Counted from the stretch's first letter, positions 23,755-37,955 are shown. The stretch: DNA of 64,000 nt from Eledone cirrhosa (GCA_964016885.1 OZ024744.1:73160001-73224000), one strand, 5' to 3'. Notes: generated from the sequence alone by a model not told the origin. A program made the numbers and translations.

Positions 23755-24030
23755 TCTTCTTCTTCTTCTTCTTCTTCTTCTTCTTCTTCTTCTTCTTCTT
23801 CTTCTTCTTCTTCTTCTTCTTCTTCTTCTTCTTCTTCTTCTTCTTCTTCTTCTTCTTCAAGGCTAGTGTCATTCTAAGTCATCAATCTCAAAGAATTGTC
23901 ATATGTAGACCCAACCAGGTCCTCCAGCGCCTTCCATCACTTGTTGTCCCATGGTGCCAGTCCCTCTGCATCCTCCAATCCAAGGTGATGTCGAGCCTCT
24001 GGAACTCTTCCCTGAAAGGATATAACTGAT
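23755..24030 (-). mobile_element. (TTC)n microsatellite with adjacent degraded LINE 3' fragment
   Basis: Pure TTC run 23755-23858; adjoining minus-strand sequence resembles an RTE-type C-terminus. Confidence 0.4.
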
Positions 24031-24173
24031 CATATATTTTTTTTAACGTCCAGATGTACATAGTTCTATTTATGTTAAGCCTTTAATTCAGAACATCAAG
24101 ATGATGGTGGTAAAATATACATCATCATCATCACTTTTTAATGTCCATTTTTCCACAATAACATGAATTAAAC

Positions 24174-24376
24174 CAGACATGTCAAACTGAGGGTTCCCCC
24201 AAGGACCACATGGGTCACACATGTGTTGTCTGAGGGCTACACACAATAACTAATTGCACATACAACTAATTTTTTAAAATGTTATATTACGAAGTTAAAA
24301 CATGCTCGCGCTGTAAAAATCTTTGTGCGGGGGGCCGCAGAAGTGCTTGTAAAGGGCCGCATGTTTGACATGCCTC
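24174..24376. mobile_element. hAT-type MITE
   Basis: TIRs CAGACATGTCAAAC / GTTTGACATGCCTC; candidate 8-bp TSD AATTAAAC / ATTTAGAC. Confidence 0.6.
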
Positions 24377-24516
24377 ATTTAGACGAGTTGTCCCATTATG
24401 AGACAAGTCCGACGAAGTGACTGTTTCTGGCTTGGTTTCTACAGTTGGATGCTCTTCCTTACACCAACTACATTTACAAATGTATAAATTTATGTAATAA
24501 ATTATTTGTTTGCTTC

Positions 24517-24953
24517 TTAACCCTTTAGCATTTAAACCGGCCATATCCGGCTAGAATTCTCTCACCTTTTTCTGTTTAAACCAGCTGTAACTGGCCACTA
24601 ATTCTGATGTTAAGGTATTGTTCTAAAAATAAATAATATCAAAATCTCATACATTTGATAATAATTGTTTCTACTTTTGGCACAAGGCCAGCAATTACCC
24701 CAGTGTATTACTGGCACTTTATTTTATCGACCCCGTAAGGATGAAAGGCAAAGTTAACCTCGGCGGGATTTGAACTCAGATCATAAAGGGCCGTAACTCT
24801 ATGCTGCAAAGCATGGTGTCCGACCCTCTACCGATACTGCCAATCCACCGCCCTGTTTGATATTTGATAATATTGAGGTAATTATGTAAGAAAAATCCTT
24901 TACCACAAAAATACAATAGTATATATAGAGTAATGTAAATGCTAAAGGGTTAA
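24517..24953. mobile_element. TTAA-MITE interrupted by a family A SINE (24664-24853, minus)
   Basis: Perfect TIRs TTAACCCTTTAGCATTTA / TAAATGCTAAAGGGTTAA; full SINE inside. Confidence 0.88.
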
Positions 24954-25119
24954 TCTTTTTCATTTATTTTATTTATTTTTGTCATTGACTGAAAAATATA
25001 AATCTTTTGTTTAATTTGTTTTATCAATTGTCATTAAATATTTGTTTTCTAAAAGGAAATTCACTCCATTAATCTATTCATGTTTGAAGCCCCGAGTTCT
25101 TGTATATATTATTTACTCA

Positions 25120-25272
25120 CCCTGCTTTCCAGCATAGTTACGTCCCTGTACGATCTGAGTTCAAATCCCGCCGAGGTTAACTTTGCCTTTCATCCTTACG
25201 GAGTCGATAAAATAAAGTACCAGTAATGAACTGGGTAATTGCTGGCCTTGTGCCTAAAGTAGAAACAATTAT
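25120..25272 (+). mobile_element. 5'-truncated family A SINE
   Basis: B box, core and tail; TATTTACTCACC flanks both sides (TSD-like). Confidence 0.8.
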
Positions 25273-25314
25273 TTACTCACCATTGCAATAAACATTGTGG
25301 AAAAATCATACTTA

Positions 25315-26008
25315 CGTATGAGGGTAAGCTGACAAATTCATAAGCTGACTATGAAGGAGTGATGCTAAAGCTGTGAAATCTTACATGCATTAATTTCAAC
25401 TCTTCTTATTAATAACTACATTGTTTCTTTCCAAGGATTATGTGAAGGTGCATGGCTGAGTGGTAAGAGAATTGGATTCACAATCTTGAGGTTGTGAGTT
25501 CGATTCCTGGACCGGGTGATGCGTTATGTCCTTGAGCAAGACACTTTATTTCACGTTGCTCCTTCTACCTGGAGTTGCGACTAATAGATAGCATTAGCAA
25601 TTGGAAAGACCAATGGAAACATTGTTTCCTCGCTCCGATTTGATGAAAGTCGATCGATTGTCGATGTTGAAAATTAAACCTCATTTGGTCATTCCATGAG
25701 AGTATCTTAGTTAGCCTATGAAGGAGTCTTGCTAGAGCTGTGAAATCTTGCATGCATTAATTTTAGCTCTTCTTATTAATAACTGCATTGTTTCTTTCCA
25801 GGGACTATGTTGGAAAATAAACCTCATTTGGTCATTCCATGAGAGTATCTTGGTAGGATAACTATGAAGGATTGTCAGAGTTGTGAAATCTTGCATGCAT
25901 TAATATCAACTCTTCTTATTAATAACTACATTGTTTTTTTCTAGAGACTATGTTGAAAAATAAACCTCATTTGGTTGTTCCATGAGAGTATCTTAGTCGG
26001 CCTATGAA
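25315..26008. mobile_element. Tandemly reiterated mariner-like MITE with inserted family B SINE (~25440-25650)
   Basis: ~150-bp unit repeated about 3 times; single inverse copy at 41902-42101 with imperfect TIRs (TCATAGGCTGAC / GTCAGCCTATGA). Confidence 0.6.
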
Positions 26009-26154
26009 ATTTATATATAGTATTCTTTACAACCAATTCCAACTTGCTACTCTTCAAATCATGTATCAAACTTTGATTGCAATATAAACTAAATGCCGCA
26101 ATATTAAACTGTAAACAGATAGGTTAAGTAATATATCATAGATATATTGTATTA

Positions 26155-26692
26155 GAGTAATGCTGGTACCATGATAAAATGCACCCAACCCACTTTGTAA
26201 ATTGGTAGTACTGGTGTCATGATGAAAAACACCCAGTCTACTCTGTAAGGTAGTCATGTTAGTGCCTCAATAAAACACACCCCGTGTAGTCTGTAAATTG
26301 GTAGTGCTGGTGCCATGATGAAACACACCCAATGCACTCTGTAAATTTGGGAGTGCTGATGCCATGATAATACACACCCAGTGCAATCTGTAAATTGGTA
26401 GTGCTGGCACCATGATAAAACACACCCAGTGCACTCTGTAAATTGGTAGTGCTGGTGCCATAATAAAACACACCCAGTGCACTCTGTAAATTGGTAGTGC
26501 TGGTGCCATGATAAAACACACCCAGTGCACTCTGTAAATTGGTAGTACTGGTGCCATGATAAAACACACCCAATCTACTCTATAAGGTAGTCATGTTAGT
26601 GCCACAATAAAACACACCCAGCCTATTTGTAAATTGGGAGTGCTAGTACCATGATGAAATGCACCCAGTACATTCTGTAAAGTGGTTGGTGT
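26155..26692 (+). repeat. 48-bp minisatellite related to the RTE 3' UTR unit
   Basis: GTGCCATGATAAAACACACCCAGTGCACTCTGTAAATTGGTAGTGCTG about 11 times; explains the 16-aa repeat ORFs. Confidence 0.9.
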
Positions 26693-27607
26693 AAGCTATA
26701 TCAGGATATGAACAATTGCATTGCCTAATACGAAATATTAATTATATATGTCTAACTGAATACACACGTGCTTTTTCTCAAACATTTTTTCTTTTTTCCA
26801 TTCTTTTCTCTTCTCACTCTCTACCATTTTATTTCATCTTTAATTTTTCATTCTATCGTCTGATGAAGAACTAGTGTGGGAAACTTAAAGACTCTTTTCC
26901 TACTATATTAAGCTTTAAACTTCATTGTACTGTGTTGTTTAGTTTGTTATTTCCATTTATTTTTTCCATATATATATGTATATATATAAGTAGTAAACAC
27001 AACAGTACGAGCTAAGGTGAAACAATTGTTCTCGGTATGGTGAACTAACTGTTGTGTTACCACTTCTACCAAACTCGTCCCATGGACTGAGTGCTCTAAC
27101 ACTATTACCTTCCAGTGTTCTACCCCTCTCTCTCTCTCCCCCCCCCCTCTCTCTCTCTCTCTCTCTTTATATATATATATATATAGCAGATGTTAAATGA
27201 TGATGATGATGATGATGATTATATATATATATAAGAGTTTAGACAAGTACATAATCAACCATAAATATGCAAAGAACATTTTAAAGCTCAGTGTGATGTT
27301 ATAGTCCACAGCAAAATACGTAGTTAAAAGACAGTTCAGAGTTTAATCCAATCAGTAAATTTTAAATCACAGTAGTTTTATAATATCACAGAGTATATAT
27401 ATATCATAAAAGAATAATTTATCCCAAAAGTATAACAAGTTTAAATACTGTCTTTGAATTGCTTATACTTTTGGGACTTCTTTGATAATTTTATGGACAT
27501 GTAATGGTAAATATCATTTATATTTAAGTGATTCTGATGAGATTATTATAACAAGAATGGAATGTTTCAGTTAAATCAATCAAATATTTTAATTTTAATT
27601 TTTGTTA

Positions 27608-27775
27608 TTTATCATCATCATCATCATTTTACATCCGCTTATCCTTGCTTGCAAGGGTGGGGTGGGTCTTATTAAACACAGCATCTCTCCATTCATCACA
27701 GTTTCTTGTCAACTCCACTATGAACTTCAGTGATCTGAGGTCTGCTTTCACCACCACCGACCATGTTTTTCATGT
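27608..27775 (-). mobile_element. RTE 3' fragment with (GAT)n tail
   Basis: Minus strand KTWSVVVKADLRSL followed by the CCCTTGCAAGCAAGGATAAGCGGATGTAAAATGATGATG tail. Confidence 0.65.
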
Positions 27776-28264
27776 CGGGCTTTAGCCCTTCTTCAGGAGT
27801 ACAAAAATAGGGACACGATCACAAAGGATAGATACAGAAAATAAAAACTAGTCCAAATAAAAAAAAAAAACACGGAAAATAAAGAGAGTAAGCAAGAGAA
27901 ACCACTGAATAGTCTTGGTAACTTAAATTGGAACACTAAGTGAAATGTGTGTGTATTAGTGTTGATTTTATGTGTGAGTGTATGTGTATGCTTAAAAATG
28001 TGTGTTTTTTTAAGGTATATTGTGTAAAGTATCAAAGATAGTGTGTGTATGTGTATAACCATGTGGTATGTGGTAGTGGACTTTTATGTATGAGTGAATG
28101 TAAGTTTGAATGTGTGTACTGTATATGTATGTTGATTGAAGTTATTTTGTGTGTGAGTAAAGTATCTGGCAGTATGTCCGTGAAATGTATGGATTTGTAT
28201 GTGTGAGTGAATGATTAAATTTTAGCATGTATACGTTTAATTATGGCCGAAATTATAGGATTTT

Positions 28265-31200
28265 ATAAAATAACCTTCCTGCTCCCTCCTATTCTTCACC
28301 CCTCCCTATATATCGTATACGCACCTGCAGGTTCTCTCTCAATCCCTTCCTCTCTCTCGAAATATAAAATAAACCTGTTGCGAGCTACGAAACTCAGAAT
28401 TTGTCAATCCCTTATTCTTGGCTACATCGCTCGCTTGCACTTCTGTGAAATGTAATGTACAAATCCTATTTTTTTCTCGTCTCCCCATGTTCCCCGGTCC
28501 ATTCATCTATCTCTATCATATCGTCCAGAATCCAATCTTTTCTTTTTCAATGCTATTCGATAATTCTGTCTGATTGTTTAAAATAATCTTCTTGTATTTT
28601 AAAATCCCATAATTCTGTCAGACCCCTGAAAACGATCTTCTACTTGTATTTAAACTCTTACTCTTATTACTGTTATATGCTCGTTTAATTATGGCCAAAA
28701 TTCTAGGATTTTATTTTATAAAATAACCTCGCTAACTACTCCAGTCCCCTCCCTCCCGCCCCTACTCACCACCATTATTATTTGGACCAATCATAATTTA
28801 GTGGCCTATGTTATCACTTCTTAAGTTTAGACCTGGTTGCCTTTCGATGTGATGGATGGACTACGGAATTCTGGAGAGTCTGAAAAATTTGGACACTCAA
28901 TGACAATGCCAAAGATAAAGACAAATTCACCTCATGCTGCCGGACGAGAATGCAAGGACTCCTCCTCTTTATTTCGGCTGCGGATGGCTAACATAACCCC
29001 ATCTCCCTCACCCCTCCCTGCATCCCATCCTTCCCACCCACCAAACGCAATCCAAAACTTCACAGTTGGTACCATGAATGTAGGCACCTTAAAAGGTTGC
29101 TCTAACGAGGTTGTAGAGATGCTTGAACGTAAGGAAGTTGATGTTTGCTGTATTCAAGAGATCAGGTGGAGGGGTGGGTCTGCTAGATTCATTGTGGGTA
29201 AAAAACGATGTTATAAGCTTTCTGGGTGGGAAATGACAATGGGCTGGGTGGAGTAGAAATCATGCTAGCAGAAAAATGGGTAGATAATATAATAGACGTA
29301 AATAAAGTGAATGACAATAATTAAAATAAGACTTGTCCTAAATAGAACTACTGTGACAATAATATCTACGTATGCACCCCAATCCGGACTGCCTGGCGTT
29401 ATAAAAGACAGATTCTATGAGTCGTTAATGCTCACTACCTTCCAAATAACTGACAGTGACTACATAATTATTGCTGGCGACCTAAATGGTCACGTTGGAC
29501 AACACTGTGACGGCTATGACGGAATCCATGGAGGCTATGGGTTTGGTACTAGAAATGAGGAAGGCTCCAGAATCCTGGAATTCTGTGATGCAAATAACCT
29601 AACTATCTGTAACACAAACTTCAAAAAACGAGACATTCACTTGATCACCTACAGATCAGGGGAACATGCCAGTCAGATAGATTATATCCTTACCAGAAGA
29701 CGTGACAGAGTGTCTGTTGTAAACACTAAATCCCTCTCCCATGAAGAATGCACCTCCCAACATAGCCTCATAGTTAGCGGCCTCATAGTCAGGACGAGAC
29801 ACACTCGACAACAGAGGAGGACTATCCTCAGGAGAAAAATATGGAAGTTAAAGGACCCCCCAGCCAGTAATAAATTTAAAAGCATATTACTTGATACTTT
29901 TGACAGTAAGGAAGAGCAATTAGAGTTGTACAATATAGAGGAACAGTGGGAATTCCTGAGAGCTAACCTGCTGAAGGCGACAGATGAAATCTGTGGCTGG
30001 AGCAGACCTATAGGCAGGAGGAGAGTAACTTGGTGGTGGAGTCAATCAAGGCCAAAAAGCAGGCCTGGAAAATATGGCGGGATGGGGGAAGTAGAGAAGA
30101 CTATCAAGTGGCCAGGAGGGAAGCTAGGAGACAAGTGTACTTTGCAAGAAGGGAAGCAGAGGAAAGAAAGTTCAAGCATGTTCTACAACGCAAGGACCAA
30201 AAACGTTAGGTGTTAAGGATTGCTAGGCAATGTGTCATGGAAAACTGTGATATTGTCGGGGAGAAGTGTGTCCGTAATGATGATGGTGTACTTGCCATCA
30301 CTGATGCTGATAAGAGGGTAGCTTGGAAGTGTCACTACGAAAGGCTACTAAATGAGGAGAATAAATGGGAGGAAGACAGTCTCCCCTACATCGATCCAAT
30401 AGAGGGACCAGCAGGGCAAGTTGAAGTATGGCAATCAAAGATATGAAGACGGGCAAGGCGGCTGGGCCTTCGGAAATAGTTGCTGAAATGCTGAAAGCAT
30501 CTGGAACGGTGGGACATACTATGGTCACCCAGATAGTAAACCAAGTCATACAGAATGGGGTCGTACCAAAGGACTGGCATAGCAGCATCATCATTAACTG
30601 CTACAAGGGTAAAGGAGATGCCCTAGATAGGGGAAACTATAGAGGCATTAAATTAATTGACCAGGTCATGAAGGTCACAGAAAAAGTAATAGCTCAACTA
30701 ATCAGAGAGCGAATTGATCTAGATGAAATGCAGTTCGTGTTTGTGTCAGGTAAAAGTACCACAGATGCTCTTTTCATTGTACGACAACTACAGGAGAAGT
30801 ACCTAGCTAAAAGTAAACCCCTATACTTAGCTTTTGTTGACTTGGAGAAAGCCTTTGACAGAGTCCCACACCCCATTATCTGGTAGGCTCTCAGAAAACT
30901 AGGTGTTGATGAAGGGCTCGTGAGAGCCATACAAGCCATGTATAAAGAAACAGTCAGCAAGGTTAGAATTAACAATGAATGTAGTGAAGAGTTTAGTGTA
31001 AAAGTTGGTGTTCATCATCTGTCCTTAGCGCCCTCTTATTTATAACAGAGGAGTTCAAGACCAGCTGCGCATGGGAACTTCTATATGCAGATGATCTAAC
31101 GCTCATAGCTGAATCAATGGCTGAACTAGAGAAGAAATTCCAAACATGGAAGCATGGCCTAGAATCAAAAGGCCTTAAAATTAACTTGTCTAAGACTAAA

Positions 31201-32254
31201 GTTCTAGTATATAGGGCACTAGTATATAAATAGGGCACTGGTCCCCTCTGGGAAATGGCCATGCTCAGTGTGTAGGAAAGGAGTAGGCAGAAACTCATTC
31301 CATTGCCCAGATGGTTCTATAGAAATAGTGGACACCTTCCGTTATCTGGGGGACAAAATCAGAGTGGTGGAGGGTGCTCTGAATGTACAGTAGCTAGAGT
31401 CAGAACGGGATGGAAAAAGTTCAGCTTATACCACTATTGGTCGCTAAAGGTTTCTCTCTAAAAATGAAAGGCAGGCTGTATGATGCCTGTATATGAACAG
31501 CAATGTTACATGGCAGTGAGACATGGGCATTGTGTGCAGAGGATATACGCAGACTAGAGAGGAACGAAGTTTGCATGCTCCGTTAGATGTGTAATAGTAA
31601 TATACGTGAACGGCAAAGGATAAATGAACTAAGTGAGAAATTAGGAATAAGAGGGATCAGATACTGTTTTCTCGAGAGAAGACTACATTGGTATGGTCAC
31701 GTGATGCGCATGATAGACGACAGCTGTATAAAAAAGTGCAGGGTGATCAAAATTGACGGTAGCTACGGAGTAGGTAGACCCAGAAAAACCTGGGACGACT
31801 TGATAAATTCCGACCTTACACACTTACGCCTCTGGAAGACAATGTCACTGGACCGAGATCTTTGGCGCTACACAGTAATACAGAAGACCCGCCTTGCCTA
31901 AGTACAAAGCGAAACCTACAGTCAGTAGGCACCTCTTAACCAAAATACACCCCCGTTCCACTACCCCACCCCATCCAGAAAGTTATGTTGGTACCACAAC
32001 ATCCAGTCCAAAATAAATGAGGTCATGTAGGTGTCATGACAAAAAAAACACACAGTCCACGCTGTAATGTGGCAGTGTAGGTAACACGGTAAAAACCTCC
32101 CAGTCCACACTGTAAACGTGGTTGGTGTTAGGAAGGGAATCCAGCTGTAGAAAACCTGCCAGACAGTCCTGTACGAGCAAGACAACCAATCTTGCCTCAA
32201 GTGGGACAATTCCCGTCTAAACCCATGCTAGCGTGGAAGATAGACATTAAACGG

Positions 32255-32293
<39 letters not shown>
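28265..32293 (+). mobile_element. RTE-clade LINE, near full length, frameshifted (APE + RT), (GAT)n tail
   Basis: GTMNVGTL, CIQEIRW, STYAPQSG, AGDLNGHVG, SQIDYIL; KAAGPSEIVAEMLK, NYRGIKL, FVDLEKAFDRVP, LLYADDL, RLHWYGHVMR, GRPRKTW; 5' limit inferred from the deleted copy at 37162-37683. Confidence 0.92.
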
Positions 32294-32294
<1 letters not shown>

Positions 32295-34761
32295 ATATAT
32301 AGCAGGAAGAAGGTCTTACCATTTCCTACGCTAGTCCTTCATCAGAAGAAAGAATGAGAAATAAGATAGATTGAGGGGACGGGCGGGTTGGAATTGGAAA
32401 AAATGTGTTTAGATAAAAATAACAGGTCCATTCATGTTGGCATCTCTTGCAAAACTGTTTTATATATATATATATGAATATTGATTGTTTCTTGTATCTC
32501 ATTCTGTTATTTTGCCCAAGAAAATATCTATGTGTATCATCAAACGATGTACACATATGGGTATTTTTTCAATTCCAATTGAGTTCTAGCACGTGGCCTG
32601 AATTCTTTTCAGAATTCACTGACCTGCGCATGTATTGTTTTTTGGCGGTAATCCCCTTCCTCCTTTTTTGAGACAGTGTGAGATTTTCCTTAGAACTGCT
32701 GGACTAACAACCTAGCAGCTACCTCAAGCACTGATGGTGATTATCGCTAGATATTGATGTTGATTTGGTTATCAATATTAATATTATTGGGCACCCACTG
32801 AAGAATTATAAGTATCTGTTGATCTTATACAAGCATCTACATAAATTGGTATAATTTCACCCAACTTGTAGAAATCTTATAATGAAACAAGACATCCGTC
32901 TGGGAAGTGATATATTTGATATATCTCATATGAAATGATACAGCCAATTTTCCACACAATACAATTAGTTAGCACCCCGAACATTTAATTGGGAATATAC
33001 TCAGGTATATCCTAATGTTTGGTGAGTGAGTTGGGATTTTGCCGGAGTATCGCTATTAGCTTTCTCCGTTTATGTATTCATATATATATATATATATATA
33101 TATATTGTGCAAGGTACGGCATGGCCATCTGGCCAGACATGGCTCATAAAAGTACCACTATGAGTAAGGCTTTGTGCAGTCAACTGGCCAGACTCCCAAA
33201 CAATGGTTCCACTGTGAGTAGGGTACGGCATGGCCAACTGGCCTGTCCCTCTTCATAACAGTGCCACCCAGTTCACACTGTAAATGTGGTTGGTGTTAGG
33301 AAGACCATCAAGTTGTAAAGATCTCAGCCAAATTTACAGTTCTATTTAAGCAAAGTACAGCTTGGTCATCTGGCTAGTCTTGTCTCATGACACGGGTGAC
33401 CCATCTAACCCATGCAAACATGGAAAATAGACGTTAAATGGTGATGACTGCCAACCGTAAAAGATGGAGAACCGTCTGCCACGAAGATATAAAGAACTTT
33501 GAGAAATCTTGTTTTGCCCACCTCTGTGAGATAAGATCTGACACTAGAGTCCGGTCAGGCATTCCAGCCTGCTCTGTTCAAGATCCTGTTACCTGCACCA
33601 AATGCAGATTGATGTGTAAATCAGCAGCCTGATCGAAGTGCTATTTGAGGCATAAACATAAAACAATGAACTAAAAAGACTGTTGAACCCTCATAATTGG
33701 CATCATCATTTCATACCAGCTTTCCATTCTGGTATGGGTTTGATAGATTGTCAAAGTCTGAGTGATGATTTTTACAGTTGGATTCACTTCCTGATGCCAT
33801 CGACTTTACAGAGTGTACTGGGTGCATTCTATCATGACAGCAACACTAGACAGAAGAAGAAGAAGAAGAAGAAGAAGAAGAAGAAGAAGAAGAAGAAGAA
33901 GAAGAAGAAGAAGGATGAGGAGGAGGGGGAGAAGAAGAAGTAGAAGAAGAAGAAGAAGAAGAAGAAGAAGAAGAAGAAGAAGAAGAAGAAGAAGAAGAAG
34001 AAGAAGGATGAGGATGAGGAGAAGAAGAAGAAGAAAAAGAATATATGTGTGGTTGTGTATGTGTATGTGTATGTGTGTGGGTGTATGTACACACATATTA
34101 GTTTGTGTAGCTCTTGTAATGAAATTAATACAAAACAAGAGAAAACGGAAAGTTTAAATTAAATCAACTACATCAGCATTTGGCAGTAATCCAGCTTATT
34201 GTCTTCAACAATGGATTCTAGTAATAATCTAGCTATTGAAAATATTACATTTTATTTTAATATTTCCAAAACACACTTATAATGAATATTTTTCATTTTA
34301 ATAAAATGGTTCATTGCTTTCTGTTGGTCTTTTTTTCTTTTTATTTTTAAATTCTTTTCTTTGTTGATTATGTTTGTTTTGTTTTTTTGTTTTTCATTTT
34401 TTTTATTTTGTTTTTTTTTCTCCAGCATTTGTAGTGTTTGTAGCGTTCAATCACATCACATACACATAAAATGTGTGTTTGTGTTTGTTTACATGAGTCA
34501 GTTATATGTGTGTGTATGTGTATGTGTATGTGTGCAAGTAATTACACCTTGCAATAAAAACATTTGATTTAAAAAGAAATATATATATATATATATATCA
34601 TCATCATCATCATCATCGTTTAACGTCTATCTTCCACGCTAGCATGGGTTTAGAATATATATATATATTATATTATATTATATTGAAATTTAAAACCAAA
34701 AATATAAATCAAATTTATATTTATTCATAATCAAAATTGAATCATTAATGTTGTGTCTTCA

Positions 34762-35157
34762 TGGGCGGTGGATTGGCAGTATCGGTAGAGGGTCGGACGC
34801 CATGCTTTCCAGCATAGTTACGTCCCTTTACGATCTGAGTTCAAATCCCGCCGAGGTTGACTTTGCCTTTCATCCTTACGGGGTCGATAAAATAAAGTAC
34901 CAGTAATGCACTGGATAATTGCTGGCCTTGTGCCTAAAGTAGAAACAATTAATGTTGTGTCTTCATTATCATGTAGTTGGCAGTATCGGTAGAGGAGCGG
35001 ACACTTGCTTTGACGCATAGAGTTACGACCCTTGCCATTCTGAGTTCAAATCCCGCTGAGGTTAACTTTGCCTTTCATCCTTACAGGGTCGATAAAATAA
35101 AGTACCAGTAATACACTGGGATAATTGCTGGCCTTGTGCCAAAAGTAGAAACAATTA
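34762..35157 (+). mobile_element. Family A SINE pair; first copy has a TSD
   Basis: TTAATGTTGTGTCTTCAT flanks 34762-34950 on both sides; second copy 34975-35157. Confidence 0.9.
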
Positions 35158-36103
35158 TCATGTAGCTTCATAATCTTTTTAAGCATGTTATTAACAAGCT
35201 TTCTCAATAGTAGAGACTCTGAATTGTGCCATTTCTCCTGAACTGCTGTATATATATAAAACCCTTAGTTTTAGATATTATTTTGATTCAACATTAACTA
35301 GTGTTATCTATGAATCATCAGCTTATCATAGGCTCCACTGATGTTAAACTTCTCCATTTTGTTATATTGCCAGCTATACCCACCTCATCAAAGACCTAGC
35401 CTTCGTTGCTTTCTTCTTCCATCATTTTTAGCAATGTCTTTCTTGGTCTTCTCCACCTTCTTTTTACATGAATTTTCATCACTATTCTGTTCACCGCGGC
35501 CATGGGGCAGCCAGCTCATGGGCTCCCATTTACTCATAATTGTGAGCTGGAAAGATGGAGGCAGTGACAGTGTGAGTTTGGTTCCTTTGTGTTAGGACCT
35601 AGTGTATATGTATGTAATTATCATCCTCATGGCAACCAATTGAGTAAAGGAGTAATGCTAACAACGTTTCAAAAGATTTAGTATAAAAAGTTAAGTTGGT
35701 GTTTGGAACATAACTTAACATAGGTTCTTATATAAAATAATGAAGGAACTTTTTTTTTTTTAGATAAATATAAACATTTAAAAATAATTAGTTTTGTATC
35801 ACAGAAAAAAACAATTCATCAATTCTCTCACTTCTTTCGTGTTTCTTTAACTCAACCATCTCATTTCATTTCTCTCCACAACATTCATCCCTGGCTTTAT
35901 TCCCTTCATCCAGTCATCTTGTCAGTTTAATCTTTCCTCAACACATGACCCAACCATCTCAGGAAATTACTGAAATTCCTCCTCACAACATTCTATTCCC
36001 ATAATCCTTTGCAATTCATTGTCTTCCACTCTCCCTAAATTTTAGAACATAAATTACCTAGAAAATCACTCAGATAAAAAATCAATACTTACTATTAATT
36101 TAT

Positions 36104-36228
36104 TTAACCCTTTAAGCATTTAAGCCAGCTATATTCGGACAGAATTCTGTGAGATATTATGTGAGATAAAGCCTTTTCTGTGAAAATACAATAGTATATA
36201 TAGAGTAATGTAAATTCTAAAGGGTTAA
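36104..36228. mobile_element. Internally deleted TTAA-MITE
   Basis: Both TIRs and TTAA sites present. Confidence 0.7.
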
Positions 36229-36537
36229 TAATGCACTGTACATGAGAAAACTATTCTTCTTCTTCTTGAGAGGGTCATGTGGTGGCAGAGTCGTCAAACA
36301 CTCCTTCTAGCGGGTCATGTCAGAAGCAACCGTCTCCAACTAATCCAACTAGATCCCCCCAATCAAGACTATTCAACCATCTTTCTGGGGCTGATTGGTT
36401 TTATGAAAAAATGTCATTTAGAAATCATTTTTCTCTTTTGTTTCCATACCACTTAATTATTTCTAACCTGAATGTGTCTATGTCCACTGTATAGGATATA
36501 GTAACAGTAACTTTACGATATATTGTAGAACTCCTCA

Positions 36538-36870
36538 TTCATCATCATTTCATTTTAGGTCCGCCTTTCCCTGCTTGTAAGGGTGGGATGGGAACTGATT
36601 CTGGCTTGATTTCTACAGCTGGATGCCCTTCCTAACACCAACCTCATTTACAGTGAGTGCTGGGTGCTTTTTTGCCGTGGCACCTCCATGACCACTTTGG
36701 AGTGGAATGATAGGGACCCCAGTCCCTATCATCTCATTTCTACAGCTGAGTAAACTGGAGCAATGTGAAATAAAGTGTCTTGCTCAATGGAAACAACACA
36801 TCACCCGGTCTGAGAATTGAACTCACAACCTTTCGATTGCAAGGCCAATGCTCTAACCACTAAGCCATGT
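36538..36870 (-). mobile_element. Family B SINE (tRNA head, CORE-like centre, RTE tail)
   Basis: Reverse complement of 16046-16372. Confidence 0.8.
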
Positions 36871-37088
36871 TTATGTATTTGAGAATAGAATATATACATA
36901 CATCATTAATGTTTCTTTCTTTTTCCTCTTGATGAAATAATCATAAATTATCATAAATTATCCACTGCTGTACCAAACTCAACTCTATATGTTTTCTGGT
37001 ATGTATGCTAATGCTACATACTACAGATTGTGTATACATACATATGCATACACATATATATATATATATGTCTGTGTGTGTATGTGTG

Positions 37089-37129
<41 letters not shown>

Positions 37130-37161
37130 GTATATATATGTATATATATATATATATAAAT

Positions 37162-37683
37162 ATCATCATCATCATCATCATCATCGTTTAACGTCCATCT
37201 TCCACGCTAGCATGGGTTTGGACGGGAATTTTCCCACTTGAGGCAAGATTGGTTGTCTTGCTCGTATAGGACTGTCTGGCGGGTTTTCTACGGCTGGATG
37301 CCCTTCCTAACACCAACCACATTTACAGTGTGTACTGGGAGGTTTTTACTGTGTTACCTACACTGCCACATTACTGATTGGTCGAAATAATAATGGCAGC
37401 GAGTGGGGGCGGGTGGGAGGGGTATAGCATATAACAGTAATAAGCGAATAATATTTAGAACAACCTGACAATTATAGAATAGCATTGAGATGGACCGGGA
37501 AGGTGGAGAGGCAAGAAAAGAAAATGGCATTTTACATTACATTTCACAGGAGAGCGAACAGTATGACCATTAATAAGATTTGACAAATTCTGAGATTCGT
37601 ACCTCGTAACAGGTTTATTTTATATTTGGTGAGAGAATGGAGGGGGGGTAGTAAAGATTAGGAGAGGCAAGGAGGCCATTTTA
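37162..37683 (-). mobile_element. Internally deleted non-autonomous RTE derivative
   Basis: 37683-37376 matches 28265-28792; 37375-37162 matches 32064-32290. Confidence 0.8.
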
Positions 37684-37770
37684 TATATATATATATATAT
37701 AATCGGAGGTAACCACAGTAAGTAAGGTACTCAATACATAGCAGAGTATAAAAGTTTTAATATAGATGAG

Positions 37771-37817
37771 ATTCTACAGGACTAGAACTGTTTCATTCTT
37801 TCGAAATCATCAGGAAT
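37771..37817 (-). ncRNA. Type I hammerhead with full stem III, inside a 105-bp palindrome (37764-37868)
   Basis: ATTC-CTGATGA-T-TTC-GAAA-GAA-T-GAAA-CAG-TTCTAGTC-CTG-TA-GAAT; plus-strand mirror has CTGGTGA (A6G). Confidence 0.82.
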
Positions 37818-37862
37818 CCTGGTGATTTCTAAAGAATGAAACAGTTCTATTCCTGTAGAATC

Positions 37863-37955
<93 letters not shown>

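Noticed and set aside
27526-27580. Hammerhead-like GATT-CTGATGA...GAAT...TA-AATC
   Set aside because: GAAA and stems II/III are degraded; at best a relic. Similar relics at ~16765-16810, ~26857, ~27775-27800 and ~32315 are not called
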